DNA of 64,000 nucleotides. Origin: the human T2T-CHM13v2.0 reference genome, Homo sapiens. Location: the NCBI RefSeq assembly GCF_009914755.1, contig NC_060925.1. One strand, 5' to 3'. This document shows positions 13,987-27,043 of this stretch, one piece after another. Below the pieces are notes generated by a model that saw only the letters and a program-made list of their open reading frames with translations, was not told where the DNA came from and searched no databases. The number at the start of each line of letters is the position of its first letter. The stretch's first letter is position 1. The translations under genes were made by a program, and so were the position numbers.

Positions 13987-15245
13987 GTCACTCTCCATCT
14001 CTAAACATTTATTGAATAGGTCACTCAGCTTATAGCCTCTTCCTCCTATAGTTTATTTCCTACACTAAAGTAATCTCAATAAATTAAGTCTATTTCTCTC
14101 TCTCCTATTTAATACCCTTCATTAGTTCTCTATAGCCCTCATTTTGAGAACAGCACACAAGAAACTTCATGATATGTCCGTGTCTACTCTCTAGCTCACC
14201 TCCTACCCGTATTTTTCTTGCTGTTTGGGCTAAAGTAATACCAAACAACTTACAGTTCCCTGGAAACATTTGTCTATTTCAATCTTCTTAGAATGCGTAG
14301 CAGAGTATCTCTTCCTTACCCTGTTGACCTGGTAAGCTCCTATCAATTTTTCAAAACCCAGCGTGGACTTTCCTTTTCCAGAAAAACTTTCTGACCCAAA
14401 GTTAATCACCCCCTCGTAGAGTTGTTGCTCAAGTCAAGTAATTAATAAATGTGTATTGTTTAGAAGAGTGCTTGGCATGTGGTGAGCTCTATGTCACTGT
14501 TAGCCATGATGACAATGACGATGATGAGATTCTCTTACACAGTAATTGACATATATGCGGTCAGTGAATATTTTTCCAATGTTGTTGAATTTGTCAAATA
14601 AATGAATAACATGGAATAAGTGCTATTCATGTTACTGTGATAAAAGCTGGAGTACAGGTTGCTAGGGAAGCACGCACCCAGGAACTCAACCTATTCAGTT
14701 GGTGAGGCTTCCCTGAGAAAGACATGCTCCATGCTGGGTCATAAAAGATAAATATGAAAACTGTCCACTTCAGCCATTAGATATATATCAAGCTACTTAA
14801 GAGTGGAGTCCTCTTTTTAGTCATTTGCATATTACAAGTACCTATTGTGTTGCTGGGCACAGCAAGTGTGAGAAGGCATTCATTGAATGAAAAAATAAAT
14901 TCAAATGTTAGGTGTCTTCCATGAGCTCTCCTAGAAGCTTTAAATATTATTTGGTTTGTGTAACAATCCTGTAGGCAGTTTTTTTCTGTCCTACATTACT
15001 AATTGAGAAATCAAACTTTGGTAAATTTGTGGACCTTTGAGTATTTCAAATTTTCTTGCTGTTTCATTGTAGTTTCAGAATTGATTCATACCTTTTAGAT
15101 TTTTAAATAATTTGCAATTTTGTTTTTGAAATAAAAATTTTCCCCATTAAATTCTAAGTGTTTCGTCCTGGTATACTTTATAATGCCTGGCTAGAATTTC
15201 ATTTTATAACCTAGGAATTTCTTCATTTACTTGGCATTGCCCTAA

Positions 15246-15636
<391 letters not shown>

Positions 15637-16329
15637 TAGGTTAATAAATTCCTTAAAGATAGGAGGTTCTAAGACAGTGTGTCAGCTATTTATATATATA
15701 ATAGTGGAAAGGGGGATAAGACTTCCACTAACTTTTCCTTTGTCATTTCTTTCTTTCCTAGTCATTTTTTTTTTTTTTTTTTTTTTTTTGGTGTGTGTGT
15801 GGGGGGGCGGGGTGTGTCCTTTAGTAGGGACATTCATGGAGAGAGAGATGAGCAAAATTATTTGAAAGTTGTTCTGGGAACCTATTCTGAGTTCACCGTA
15901 CAACTGACCAGAGACTCCCCATTTCTCCCAGAGTGAGAAGTTGCACCCAACTCAAATTTCCACAGGCCTCAAGGTCTCCAGTAGCTGGGCATCTGGTTTT
16001 CCCAGACAACTCTTAGAATCACTTGGCTTCTAAATGCAGATTACCTGGTGCCTAAGTAGTTTGAAGTCTACTAATAAGATTGTTCTCATGTGCTCCCTCT
16101 AAGACAAGAGGACACTTAGGAGGGCAGGATCCCTTTGCAATAGCACAGATCCACAATCTCACTGGCACAAACAGGTCCATGGCTTTTCTTGCTAACTCTG
16201 AGTTAGTAACTTCTTCCAGCCCATAATGGGTCAGCCGTGAGTTAGGGAAGGGACAGATCCTGGGCTAGGCTATCTAAAGAAAACTTCACTGACTTTGGAG
16301 GATGCAGAGATAGAAACAAAAGACAAAAA

Positions 16330-16330
<1 letters not shown>

Positions 16331-16367
<37 letters not shown>
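16331..16367. repeat. (CA)n microsatellite, about 18 units
   Basis: Directly visible. Confidence 0.95.
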
Positions 16368-16369
<2 letters not shown>

Positions 16370-16572
16370 CACATGCAGCACAAACAGACCTGGAGGCAGA
16401 ATAAACATGTTATGAAGGAAAAATGGTAAAGGCACTGGTCTGACCCTAAAGAAAACTGTGTGTATGTAGTTATCAACATCTCTAAATAATAATTTTTATT
16501 AAACAATCTATCTCCACCTCCAATCTGCTTACAGGAGACATAAGTGCAACCAACCATTTGAAACCTAATGTC

Positions 16573-16760
16573 TAGCTGAGCATGGTGACATACAGCTGTA
16601 ATCCTTGCTACTTGGGACGCTGTGGCAGGAGAATTGCTTGAGCCTCGGAGCTATAGTGATTCATGATCATGCCACTGCATTTTAGCCTGGGCAACAGAGC
16701 GAGACTCTGTCTCTACTAAGTAAATACATAAATGAATGAATAATAAAAATAAATAAATAA
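16573..16760 (+). mobile_element. Alu monomer (FLAM/FRAM-like)
   Basis: Single Alu arm ending GAGACTCTGTCTCT plus AT-rich tail. Confidence 0.8.
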
Positions 16761-17199
16761 AACCTAACTTCTCATTGTACATTAATTCCATAGCCATTTA
16801 TTAAATCCATACTATGTGAACAGCCACGTGCTAGGTATTAGGGATGGGATCATTGACAAAGGGGGAAAAAGTACCCATTATAAATTAACTAATACAAGCT
16901 AACAATGTCCAGGCCTATGGGACCAAGCACTTTACATGTATTATGTCACTTTATCTAATTTAATCCCTATAGCAAAACCAAGCAAGTATTTTATCCATGT
17001 TACATTTTTGAAATAGGAGTGTCACAGATATTGAATAACTTGCCCAAGTTACACGGCTAGTATAAAGTTTATAAACAATTTGACACTGTAGCCACCATTC
17101 TATTTGTGCGCCCTACCCCCCAATAAAGACAAGAAACCAAACTAAGAAACAAACCAAACCTCAAGAGTTGTCTCCATTTGTAGATCTTTTGTTCGTCAA

Positions 17200-19060
17200 T
17201 AAATTCAATATAGTCTTTCTGTCTCACTCCAAAGCTGCTCTTTCTGAAGGCTCTAATGACTATCTCTGATCAATTCTGTATCCTCACTACTTCTGTGAAG
17301 CATTTGCTATAGCTGATCACTTTCTTCTAATTGTAAAACTTTCTGCTCTTGACTTCTATGACATCACCTTCTTACCTCACAGACTACTACTTCTCAGTCT
17401 CTTGCTGGTTCTTCCTCCTCCTCTGCTCAACTATGAAATGTTGGAAGTTATCATAGCCCAACTCTCCATCTACAATCTTTGCTTAGATAATATCGTATAG
17501 TCCAAGACTAGGTTTCATCTATAAATTCATAACTGCCAAGTTTATTTCTTCACCCTGAACTATACCCCAGACCAATATATTCATCTGTTTCTTTGACATC
17601 ATCACTTGCATATCTTGGACTTGATTATTGTTAACGACCTCCCGATAATGACCACCAGGAACACAACTATAGCTGAGCAACTTGGATGTATTGCTTGTTT
17701 CAGTACGTGAGAATGCACACCATGGGGAACCATGGGATGTCTTAGGAAGAGGGTGTTAAAAAGGACTTGTTATAGAATTTGAGTTTGTGTTAGGAGATTT
17801 ACGGAAGGGTGCAAGAAAGAGGGACTTTGGCCTGGATTGGAAGCTGTAAGGAAGCAAGGATAATTCTATAATTGGGTATTTTAATAAGTATTATGTAGAA
17901 GGAAGGAAGACTAGACTGAGGTTAAAACTATAATTGGTAAAGAAGCAGCAGGCACTCATATTAGCTAGGATAAGGAGATATTTGATCATTTTTATGGCTT
18001 GGGCAATGTTGATGTTGTGTCTGTGTTCACATATGATTATAGAGTGATCTTACTTTTGTCTTGATCTATCACGGTCACAACTCTGTCTTGTCTGATGTTC
18101 TGTGAAATTGTTTATGTTCAACAGAAGAATACCAATGCTTGGCTGTGATTGCCAGGCCAGCTCAAAGCAACAGCAAACCAAGCTGGTAGTACCAGGCCAT
18201 CTCCTGGATGTCAAGGTCCGCTTTTCTCTTTCTCGGTATCCACACTAGAATCCTTGATTTACTCTCTTCCACCTCACTCAATCAAAAACCATTACCTCAC
18301 AGACTTCCCTTCTATGTGGCACTACCACCCACACATATGCTAGCCCAAAACCTAAGATTCACTGTTGATGATGCCCTTTTCTTCATTTTCCATAGCCAAT
18401 CACCAAATCCCATTGTCTTCTTTCTTTTATTTCTTCCGCCATTGTTCTGGTCCAAACTACCATTATGTTTCTCCTAAACATAAAGTGCATCCTATTTCCT
18501 CTGCTTCCACACTTGCCCCTCTACAATCCATTCTCTTCATAACAGATAGATCATATTACTCCCTTGCTTTAAAACTTTCAAATAGCTTCCAATTGTACTC
18601 AGAACAAACACTAAACTTCTTACCCTGGCTTTCAAGGACCCTGGTCTGGCTTCTGCCTAACTCTCCACCTTCATCTATCTGGGACTATCTTGCGGCTCAC
18701 TCACTATGCTTCCCCCACACTGGCCTTTCCTGCCCTGCCCCTGCAACATACCAAGTTCCTCTTTCTCTCTGCATTTGCCCTATCCTTTCTTTGCCAGGAC
18801 AACAGTCTCCCTACCAGCTCTTTCTCATCCAGGTCTCTTTGAGAGGGCTTCCCTGACCATCTAGATGCCACCTTCCTGGTCAGTATTTCCCTCAAGTAGT
18901 AATCAATGCCGGAAAGAATACTGTTCATTTATTCATCCGTTATTGTCATCGCTTCATTGGAATTTAGCTTCCTACAGGGATGGTGTTTATCTTGCTCACT
19001 ATGATTCCAGCCCCTAGAAAAACCCACCTACCTCATAGCCAAGGGCTCAGTAAATAGTAT
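17200..19060. mobile_element. L2 remnants interrupted by an ERVL-like LTR (~17627-18207)
   Basis: Pyrimidine-rich L2-type sequence ending GGGCTCAGTAAATA. Internal block with GAGAATGCACACCATGGGGAACCATGGG resembles MER74-class LTRs. Confidence 0.5.
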
Positions 19061-19339
19061 ACACTGCCTTCCTGCCACTGTGCTAATTTCTACTAACACA
19101 GCCACAAACAATCAGCAATTACATTTTCTGCTTGTTTTTAACGGGGAAGTAGGGCACTCAACGAAAAGGAAATAAAAGCAGAGTCAAGAAAGTGCCTTTT
19201 ATCCATGGAGTGCCCAATGTGTTGTGCGGCCGGCCACGTATATAGGGATGTGTCAGCACCTGAGATTTTTCCTTCTCTGAGCTAGCTTCTTTCCTGGAAA
19301 TCATGCTGGGCCCTTAGCCTTATGGTTCACCCTGTTTTT

Positions 19340-20130
19340 TAAGATCATCCACGGGCTTCATTCCCGTAACCGCTCTTCTAGCTGGCCAAGGCGGCGGGAA
19401 GAAACCCCACCCTCTTGCGCAAACGCCCAGTAGCGGAATCCGCGGGGTCGAGGGCTTTAGTGTGCGCATGTGCAACCAGAGCGGCGGCGGGAAGTGTTGC
19501 GCAGGCGCATCCGATCGACTCGGTAGGTGGGGATCTCTTGGAGACGGCGACCCAGGCATCTGGGGAGCCACAGAAGTCGTACTCCCTTAAACCGTGAGTT
19601 TCCGACGGTTTGTTCCATGGCGCGGGATTGTGAGGGATTAGGAACGAATTCTGGATCGTGACTTCGGTTTTCTCGCCGTGCAGTTCCTTTTCCCGCCCCC
19701 CTTCGGATCCCTCCGACCTGCGGCGGGAAAGTCGCGCGCCTGCGCACTAAGCATCTGGTTCGGTCTCTGGCCCGAGGGAAGCCGGTCCTTCCCGGCTGAG
19801 CTCGCGGCCAGCGCTGGCCGGCGGATTCCCATTCATTCACCCTTCTCCTCCTCCGCCCAGTACTCGTGGCCAGGGTCGTATCAGTTCTCCGTCAACTTGC
19901 TTGGGGCCTTGGACGAGCCTCCTGGCGCTTCCTGTCAGTGGCGAAAAGGTTTTCTCCCTCAGTTCTTTTCCTGACTTCAAACCGCCCCCGGCGCTCGGCC
20001 CCTCCCCCACGCGGTCCCGCTGGCTGTGCCGGACTGGCAGCCTCGCCGTTTCCCACTGCGCCTGCTGCTGCGCGGGTGCCCAAGCCGGGAAATTCTCCCT
20101 GCAGCCCCCTGCCGGTGTTTCTGATAGGTG
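19340..20130. promoter_or_regulatory. CDC7: CpG island promoter of CDC7 with E2F-type and NRF1-type motifs
   Basis: Abrupt GC/CpG-rich block in an AT-rich background. GGCGGGAA at 19393 and 19486, TTTTCCCGCC at 19688, GGCGGGAAA at 19722. NRF1-like TGCGCATGTGCA 19463, TGCGCAGGCGCA 19498, GCGCCTGCGCA 19736. No TATA box evident. Confidence 0.9.
19400..19593 (+). other. CDC7: CDC7 non-coding exon 1 (5'UTR); 5' boundary approximate
   Basis: Donor ACC|GTGAGT at 19593/19594 inside the CpG island, upstream of the exon 2 acceptor TTTTCACAG (20298). The TSS cannot be read from sequence. Confidence 0.65.
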
Positions 20131-20361
20131 AAAATAAAGCACATGGAATTCCTTAGACAAGGCCACAGTATGCCCTACTGTGGAGGTTTGGACACATCGT
20201 GCGTTTGAAAATGTTTGCCCCTTTGGGGGGCAGTAGCATGTTTTTAGTGCGTGGTTTAGCGAGTGATCTAAATTTCTCTAGTGTTCTAATTTTCACAGCT
20301 GCTTTGCTCCCCCTGTGGATGTAACCCCTTAGCTGGCATTTTGCATCTCAATTGGCTTGTG

Positions 20362-20476
20362 ATGGAGGCGTCTTTGGGGATTCAGATGGATGAGCCAATG
20401 GCTTTTTCTCCCCAGCGTGACCGGTTTCAGGCTGAAGGCTCTTTAAAAAAAAACGAGCAGAATTTTAAACTTGCAG
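20362..20476 (+). CDS. CDC7: CDC7 coding exon (exon 2, starts at 20299; ATG 20362): MEASLGIQMDEPMAFSPQRDRFQAEGSLKKNEQNFKLA
   Basis: GTGATGG strong Kozak, recognisable CDC7 N-terminus, donor CAG|GTACGT. 115 coding nt, ends phase 1. Confidence 0.95.
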
Positions 20477-22751
20477 GTACGTGTTTAAATCCAAAGATGT
20501 ACAGTTATAAAGATTTTTCAGGCAACAATTCTGTGTTTTCAATTCCTCTCAAAAAATAAGATTGAATCTTATAAAGTGAATTGTATGTTTCTATAGGACA
20601 GTGTTAAAACAGAGCTTCGTATGATCTAAATGTAGGACTGAATTGCGATTTGGAAGACTGTAATACAACCTGTTTTACGGTTGAAGTTGCTATGGTCTCA
20701 GTATTGGTAATTAAGAATGCAGAAATTTGATGATGCCCAAATTAAATTTCTCTTTTGTATCTGTGTTCTTATCTCTACTCACCACATTGCCTTAAGCTTA
20801 AATGTAGAAATTGACACTGGAGATCATCACTTAAGTATTCAAAAGCAGAACTCACAGACAAAAAAATATGAAATGTTTGTAGCAATAATAAAGCACCATA
20901 TCTCAGTGTACAGCATGAAATGTTCTTTGACCGTAAACCAGACCTTAGGGTGAATAAGACAGGGTCAAGCAGTGCCTGCTCTTGTACACTCGCATGTGTA
21001 CCTTCATTTCTGCTCTGGCACAGGACCTGGGACATAGTAGGTATTTGTTAATAATAAATATTTGTTAAATAGAGGAATTCTAGTTGACTGTATTTTTTTT
21101 TTTCTGAAAGGGTAGCCAGATCATCTTTCCCATCTTTGTCTTAAGTGAATTCTGTGCTTGTCTAAAAGATACTTATTTTGACCTTTTGTCCATATATTCT
21201 TTATAACCCCACCCTAGAAAAATATGACATCACATACTTTCTGCTTTGATGGAAGTCAGTTATCCCACTTACCTAAACTTGAAACTTTAATCTTCAGCTG
21301 ATGCTTTTTATTTGTTCCCCATATCGTCACCTAGCTTTATTTCTTTTTAGTAAGTATGGCATTGTGTCTTCTTTCCATTCCCATTTCCACCACATTAATT
21401 AATTTCCTTACACTTTGTTCCTGATTTACAACAGTTTCTCACCTATGCTGCCTGCTTGCACTTTTCCATCCTTCAGTTCATCTTGTATGTTGGTGCTAGA
21501 ATAATCTTAAAATGCCACTTTCATCCAGTTTCATGGATACTGTTCCTCTTCCTTTCCATTTTTCCAGCAGTTAGCTGTTTTTTTAGTTCATCTTTCCCTT
21601 ACTAGTCACTGGACACATAACACAGTAACACAGTCATTGTAGTATTCTTTTTCTATTGCTTAGGACTCTGCATTTTGTCTCCACTGTAAACCCCTTGGCG
21701 GCAGTATCTCCTCTGGTTTCTAAAGTATGTTGTGACTTCAGCAGAGTATCTGAATGGATGACTCTGAATTGGTTCTAGCATCATGTTTAGGAGAATGCCA
21801 CTATTCTAATATTCTGAAAATCTGCTGGGAAGTAATGAATGGGGTGAATTTTATTACGGATTTCAAAAGTTTTGTAGCGTTTATGTAACAGAACATTGGA
21901 CATTATAATATGATAAATTATAAAACGTGCTAAAACTTTACTCTTATGGTTCTTTTTTAAATATGATCTTAATAACAGCTAAAGTTATATAAACATAACT
22001 TCAATAGGGAGCAAAGCTGATGAGGTCCAGGCACATAACAGTCTAGTAATCTAATTGGGAAAGTAAATCAAATTAGATCATGAGACAGGTATATGCCTGC
22101 ACCTCATCAACTTTACTCCTTATTGAAGTTATATTTTTGATTGGATGTTTTATATATCTTAGCATTCCCAGAGCTTAACAGTGTCCAGCACATAGTAGGT
22201 GCTTGAAAATATTTGAATGAATGATTTAATGTAAGGATATAAAGTAAAATACTTAGTGTAATGGATGAATAGCATGTCTCTTTATTTTGAGATATTTGTC
22301 AGATTTTTATAACATTTTTCTGATAAACATGATTATTGAAATTTTTGAAGTAAAGAAAGCCAAAATAAAGTCTTTTCCCATTATTGAAATATTGCCACTG
22401 TTGACATTTTGTTATATTCCTTTAGCCTTTCTAGGCATACATAGGTACATTTTTTAGAAACTAAATTGGGATCTTGTTTTGTTTTTGTTTTTGAAAAGAG
22501 AACCAGAATATGGGATCTTATTTCTGATCTCCATTTTTTTTAATATATATCTTGAATATTGCTCATGTAGTAAATATTCTACAACTGGATTTAAGGTCCA
22601 TTGCATATTATATTATAATATATTCAATCACCTTTTACTATTGACCCTATAGATTGTTTCTATTTTTTCCTATTAAGAAAAATGCTGTAATGCACAAACT
22701 ATCTGGCATAATATTGGTCAAATGTTTATTCTTTCACTGTTTTGGCAAGCT

Positions 22752-23053
22752 TTTTTTTTTTTTTTTGAGACATGGTCTCTCTGTCACACCACTGTCACTG
22801 GAGTGCAGTGGCGCAATTACAGCTCACTGCAGCCTTAACTCCTGCACTCAAGCAATCCTACCCCCTCAGCCTCCTGAGTAGCTTGGATTACAGGCATGTG
22901 CCGCTACACTCAGCTAATTTTAAATATTTTTTTTAGAAACAGGATCTTGCTATGTTGCCCAGGCTGGTCTCAAACTCCTGGCCTCAAGTGATCCCCTCCT
23001 ATCTTGGCCTCCCAATGCACTGGGATTACAGGTGTGAGCCACCATGCCTGGCC
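22752..23053 (-). mobile_element. Alu (AluJ-like), CDC7 intron 2
   Basis: Poly-T and reverse Alu. Flanking AAGCTTTT repeat. Confidence 0.92.
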
Positions 23054-24644
23054 AGTAAGCTTTTATTTTTTTTTAAGTATCTACTATATGCCAAGTTTTA
23101 ATAAGTGAGAAAGATCTGTTCAGTGAAAGAATGATGTATAAACTCTATATTGAAAGTCTCCTCCATACTGGTGAACTCTACTGGAAGGAAGGCTTGCTTC
23201 ATTCTGTTTGCTACAATGACACCCTTAGCCATGCTTCTAAAATGGGCTATGGGTACCATCTTTGTTTGCCTGGGACAGATCTAGCTTACGGCTATTGTCA
23301 CAATGTAATTATTATTCCTGCTGCCTTTTCACTCAAGAGTGTCCCAGTTTGGGCTTATATTATGTATTATCCCCTAGTTCCAGGAGGTATAAACCAGAGA
23401 GTACATGAAGCCCCAGAATAACCATGACTATATGCCTAGAGTGTCAGTTTTAATCCATGACAAGATATTGAAAACGTTTCATTTATGTGATGAATATTTA
23501 TTGTCTGTTATATACATGTACTTTTTTAGGTGCTAGGGATAAATCAAACCATAAAACAGAAATTAACACTGTGGTAGTTAGACAATAGACAGAGAGTAAA
23601 CAAAAGAAGTAAATACTGTGCTCAAAAGTGATTAATGTTACTAAGAAAATGTAAAAGGGAAGGGGAGATAGGAAGTATTGGGGAAGGAGATTGTAATTTT
23701 AGTGAGTATGGTTGCTCATAGCCTTCTGTAACATTTGAGCTAAGACTTCAAGGTGGTGAAGGAGTGACCTGTGCAGATATTTGGGGAAGAGCATTCCAAA
23801 CAGAGGAAACGGCAAGTACAAAGACCCTGAAACGGCAAGTACAAAGACCCTGAGATGGGAGTGTGCCTAGCATTCAAGAATAGCAAGGAGGTCATTGTGG
23901 CTAGAATGGGGAAGGTAATTGGAATGAAGTCAAAGAGAGATGTAAAGAGGCTTTCTAATGGAGTGAGATGTGAAACCATTAGAGGTTTTGAGCACAATAG
24001 TGACAAGGTGACTTAGCTTTATCAGAATACTCTGTTTAAACTCTGTTTGCTATGTTGCAAGCCGACTGGCTACTATGTTACAGATAGACTCCAGGCTGGC
24101 AAGGAGTGTAGTTAAGGAGACTATTGGTATATTAAAACCAACTTGGATATATTATGCAGCAGAAAACAAAAGTGACTTAAAATGTCAAAATAGAAGCCTA
24201 GACCTTCATGTATAAAATAGAGGCATTTAAATAATTTTTAGCATATTATAGATTTTCGGGATCCTCCTCCAGTCCTCAAAGTCTGTTTCATTTGTCTGTC
24301 TTTAGTACTGTTTTCCAGCTTTTGACATGAATGCACTTTTCTGCTTTCTGCTGTCATTTCCCACTTCAGAATTTGAGGATATTGCATTCACTTTGGTTGC
24401 CAGGAAGTTTTACTGTTGTTTAAAATTGTTGAAGTTGTTCTGAAGTGACAGGAAACCTTAATAAACATTTTGATTTTTGTAAAGAGGAGTAGATGCATAA
24501 TAAGTGAGTAGTGGTGTGGAAGTACCCTTAATGTTTCTCCTCCCTTTCACATCTGTTCTCCACTTGTCATTTTTCTGCTTAAAAACTTCCTATAGCTTTC
24601 ATGTGCATTCTCTCTTGTCTTCCTCAGCCACATTCTATTTCTAT

Positions 24645-24944
24645 TATTGTTATTATTGTTATTATTATTGAGACAGGGTCTCCCTCTTCCATCACCCAGG
24701 CTGGAGTACAGTGGCACGATCATAGTTTAGTAACCTCAAACTCCTGGGCTCAAGGTATCCTTCTGCCTCAGTCTCTGTAGCTGAGACTACAGGCCCGTGT
24801 TACAAAGCCCAGCTAATTTTTGTTTGTTTGTTTGTTTTTTAGCTTTTTTAAGAGATAGGGTCTCAAACACCTGGCCTCAAGCAGTCTTCTTGCCTTGGTC
24901 TCCTAAAGTGCTGGGATTACAGGCCTGAGCCACCGCCCCAGGCC
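24645..24944 (-). mobile_element. Alu (AluJ-like), CDC7 intron 2
   Basis: Reverse Alu with (ATT/GTT)n tail. Flanking GCCACATT(C/G)TATTTC TSD. Confidence 0.9.
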
Positions 24945-25313
24945 ACATTGTATTTCATTGTCTCTCAGCCCTCCCCCTACCCTAATCATCCAAGCCTTTT
25001 TTTTTTCTTGTTCCTGTCTTTACAGACGTAGTTAATTTTTCCTAAAATGTTTTCTTCCACTTTCACTACTTGGTGAATGCTTCAGAACAAAACTTAGCTG
25101 TCAACTGAAGGCTTCCTATCACCTTCAGAAATCCTCCCCAACCTAGTAGTATATACATTCTTTTATTACAGGTGTCACCTTGTATTAAGAATGATAACAT
25201 GTTTCCTTTACTAGACCAAGCTCTTAGTGGCTGCATCAAATTTATTGGTTTTTTTTACATACCCATTGCTGAGCATTTTTTAAGACAGCGTTTATTTAAA
25301 TGAATTAGTTCTA

Positions 25314-25610
25314 GCCAGGTGCGGCGGCTCACACCTGTAATCCCAGCACTTTGGGAGGCCAAGGTGGGCAGATCACTTGAGGTCAGGAGTTCAAGACCAG
25401 CCTGGCCATTGTGGTGAAACCCCGTCTCTACTAAAAACACAAAAATTAGCTGGGCGTGGTGGTGCGTGCCTGTAATTCCAGCTGCCCATGAGGCTGAGGC
25501 ATGAGAATCTCTTGAACGCAGGAGGCAGAGGTTGCAGTGAGTGGAGATTACATCACTGCACTCCAACCTGGGCAACAGAGTGAGACTCCATCTCAAAAAA
25601 GAAAGAAAAT
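25314..25610 (+). mobile_element. Alu (AluS-like), CDC7 intron 2
   Basis: Full dimer. Confidence 0.95.
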
Positions 25611-26479
25611 TAGAAAATATATATAATCAGCAACACCTCTGTGAAATTGGGCAAATGATTTAACCTCCCTGAATTGAGTTTCCTTATCTGAAAAATCAGG
25701 ATAATCATTCCTGCTCTGCCAAGTTCACAGTACTGTTAGGAAGACCTCAAAAGATACTGCATGTGCCGGTGCTTTGAAAATGTCTTAAACTTATGCTATA
25801 TAGGGCTAGTAGAGCCTAGATACTGTAATAAAATCTGAAGACTTATCTAGTTCTCTTCTGTATCCAGTAGTTTACTGGGTTTTGTATTATTGCCTCCCCT
25901 TGTTTTAACTATGTACATTTTTATAAAGAACTGATACTTATTTAAAAGTAGCAATTTATCTGCAGTCAAGGATAGAGGATACTACTGGCAATTGGGACAA
26001 ATTTTTAAAAATACTTTTTTACATGCTTGAGAGCTTTAGTAGGCCTTCTCTCTGAAAATATAGTGTGAATATTTAATACATAAAATTTTACCAAGCCTTT
26101 AAGATTTTGTATCTTTACGGGAAATAGTTTTCAAGAACATCGCAATGTGTCCTTGTCATGCCATCTAGTGATCACAGCACAAATTGTTTAGTTATTTTAA
26201 AAATTTGGTGCTTTTTCATGTTGTAATCTCTACAGTAACAATGTATCTCTTAGTATATAATTCCAGTATAGTAGAAATTTGGTGTATTTAATTCTGGGAC
26301 TGTCATTTTTGTCTGTTCAAGAGGTGTGTGTGAGTTATAGCAACTTGATGGGTTTTAATCTTATCACAATGTTATTAAAACTTATGTATAATTAATTACT
26401 CATATTTTATAATTTATTTCATTGAGCTTTTTAAATTTTAAGAAACTGTAAAATATACTGTCATTGATTAAAACTCTAA

Positions 26480-26674
<195 letters not shown>

Positions 26675-26845
26675 TGAAAAATATACCACTTTTTAGACTA
26701 TTAAGACCATAGTTTTATTACTAATTATGGTAACAGCTTTTCTTTTTCAACCTTAAAGAAAGAATAAATAATAAATATTTACTGTAAAATGAAGTCCTGT
26801 TTTAATGTATTATGCCATTGAAACAGTTTTTACAATCTATCTTAG

Positions 26846-27043
<198 letters not shown>

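Noticed and set aside
15790-15815. G-rich run after poly-T as a possible G-quadruplex
   Set aside because: Only two long G-tracts, so it does not meet a four-tract pattern convincingly.
18365-18856. 163-aa Ser/Leu/Pro-rich ORF just upstream of the promoter
   Set aside because: It lies in pyrimidine-rich L2-like sequence, has low-complexity composition and shows no recognisable domain or splice context.
19320-20166. Cluster of overlapping 60-127 aa ORFs on both strands
   Set aside because: Expected from stop-codon scarcity in a CpG island. No homology is recognisable.
20341-20361. In-frame upstream TTG that would extend CDC7 by 7 aa
   Set aside because: An artefact of the ORF caller allowing TTG starts. 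The context is poor and the ATG at 20362 has a strong Kozak.
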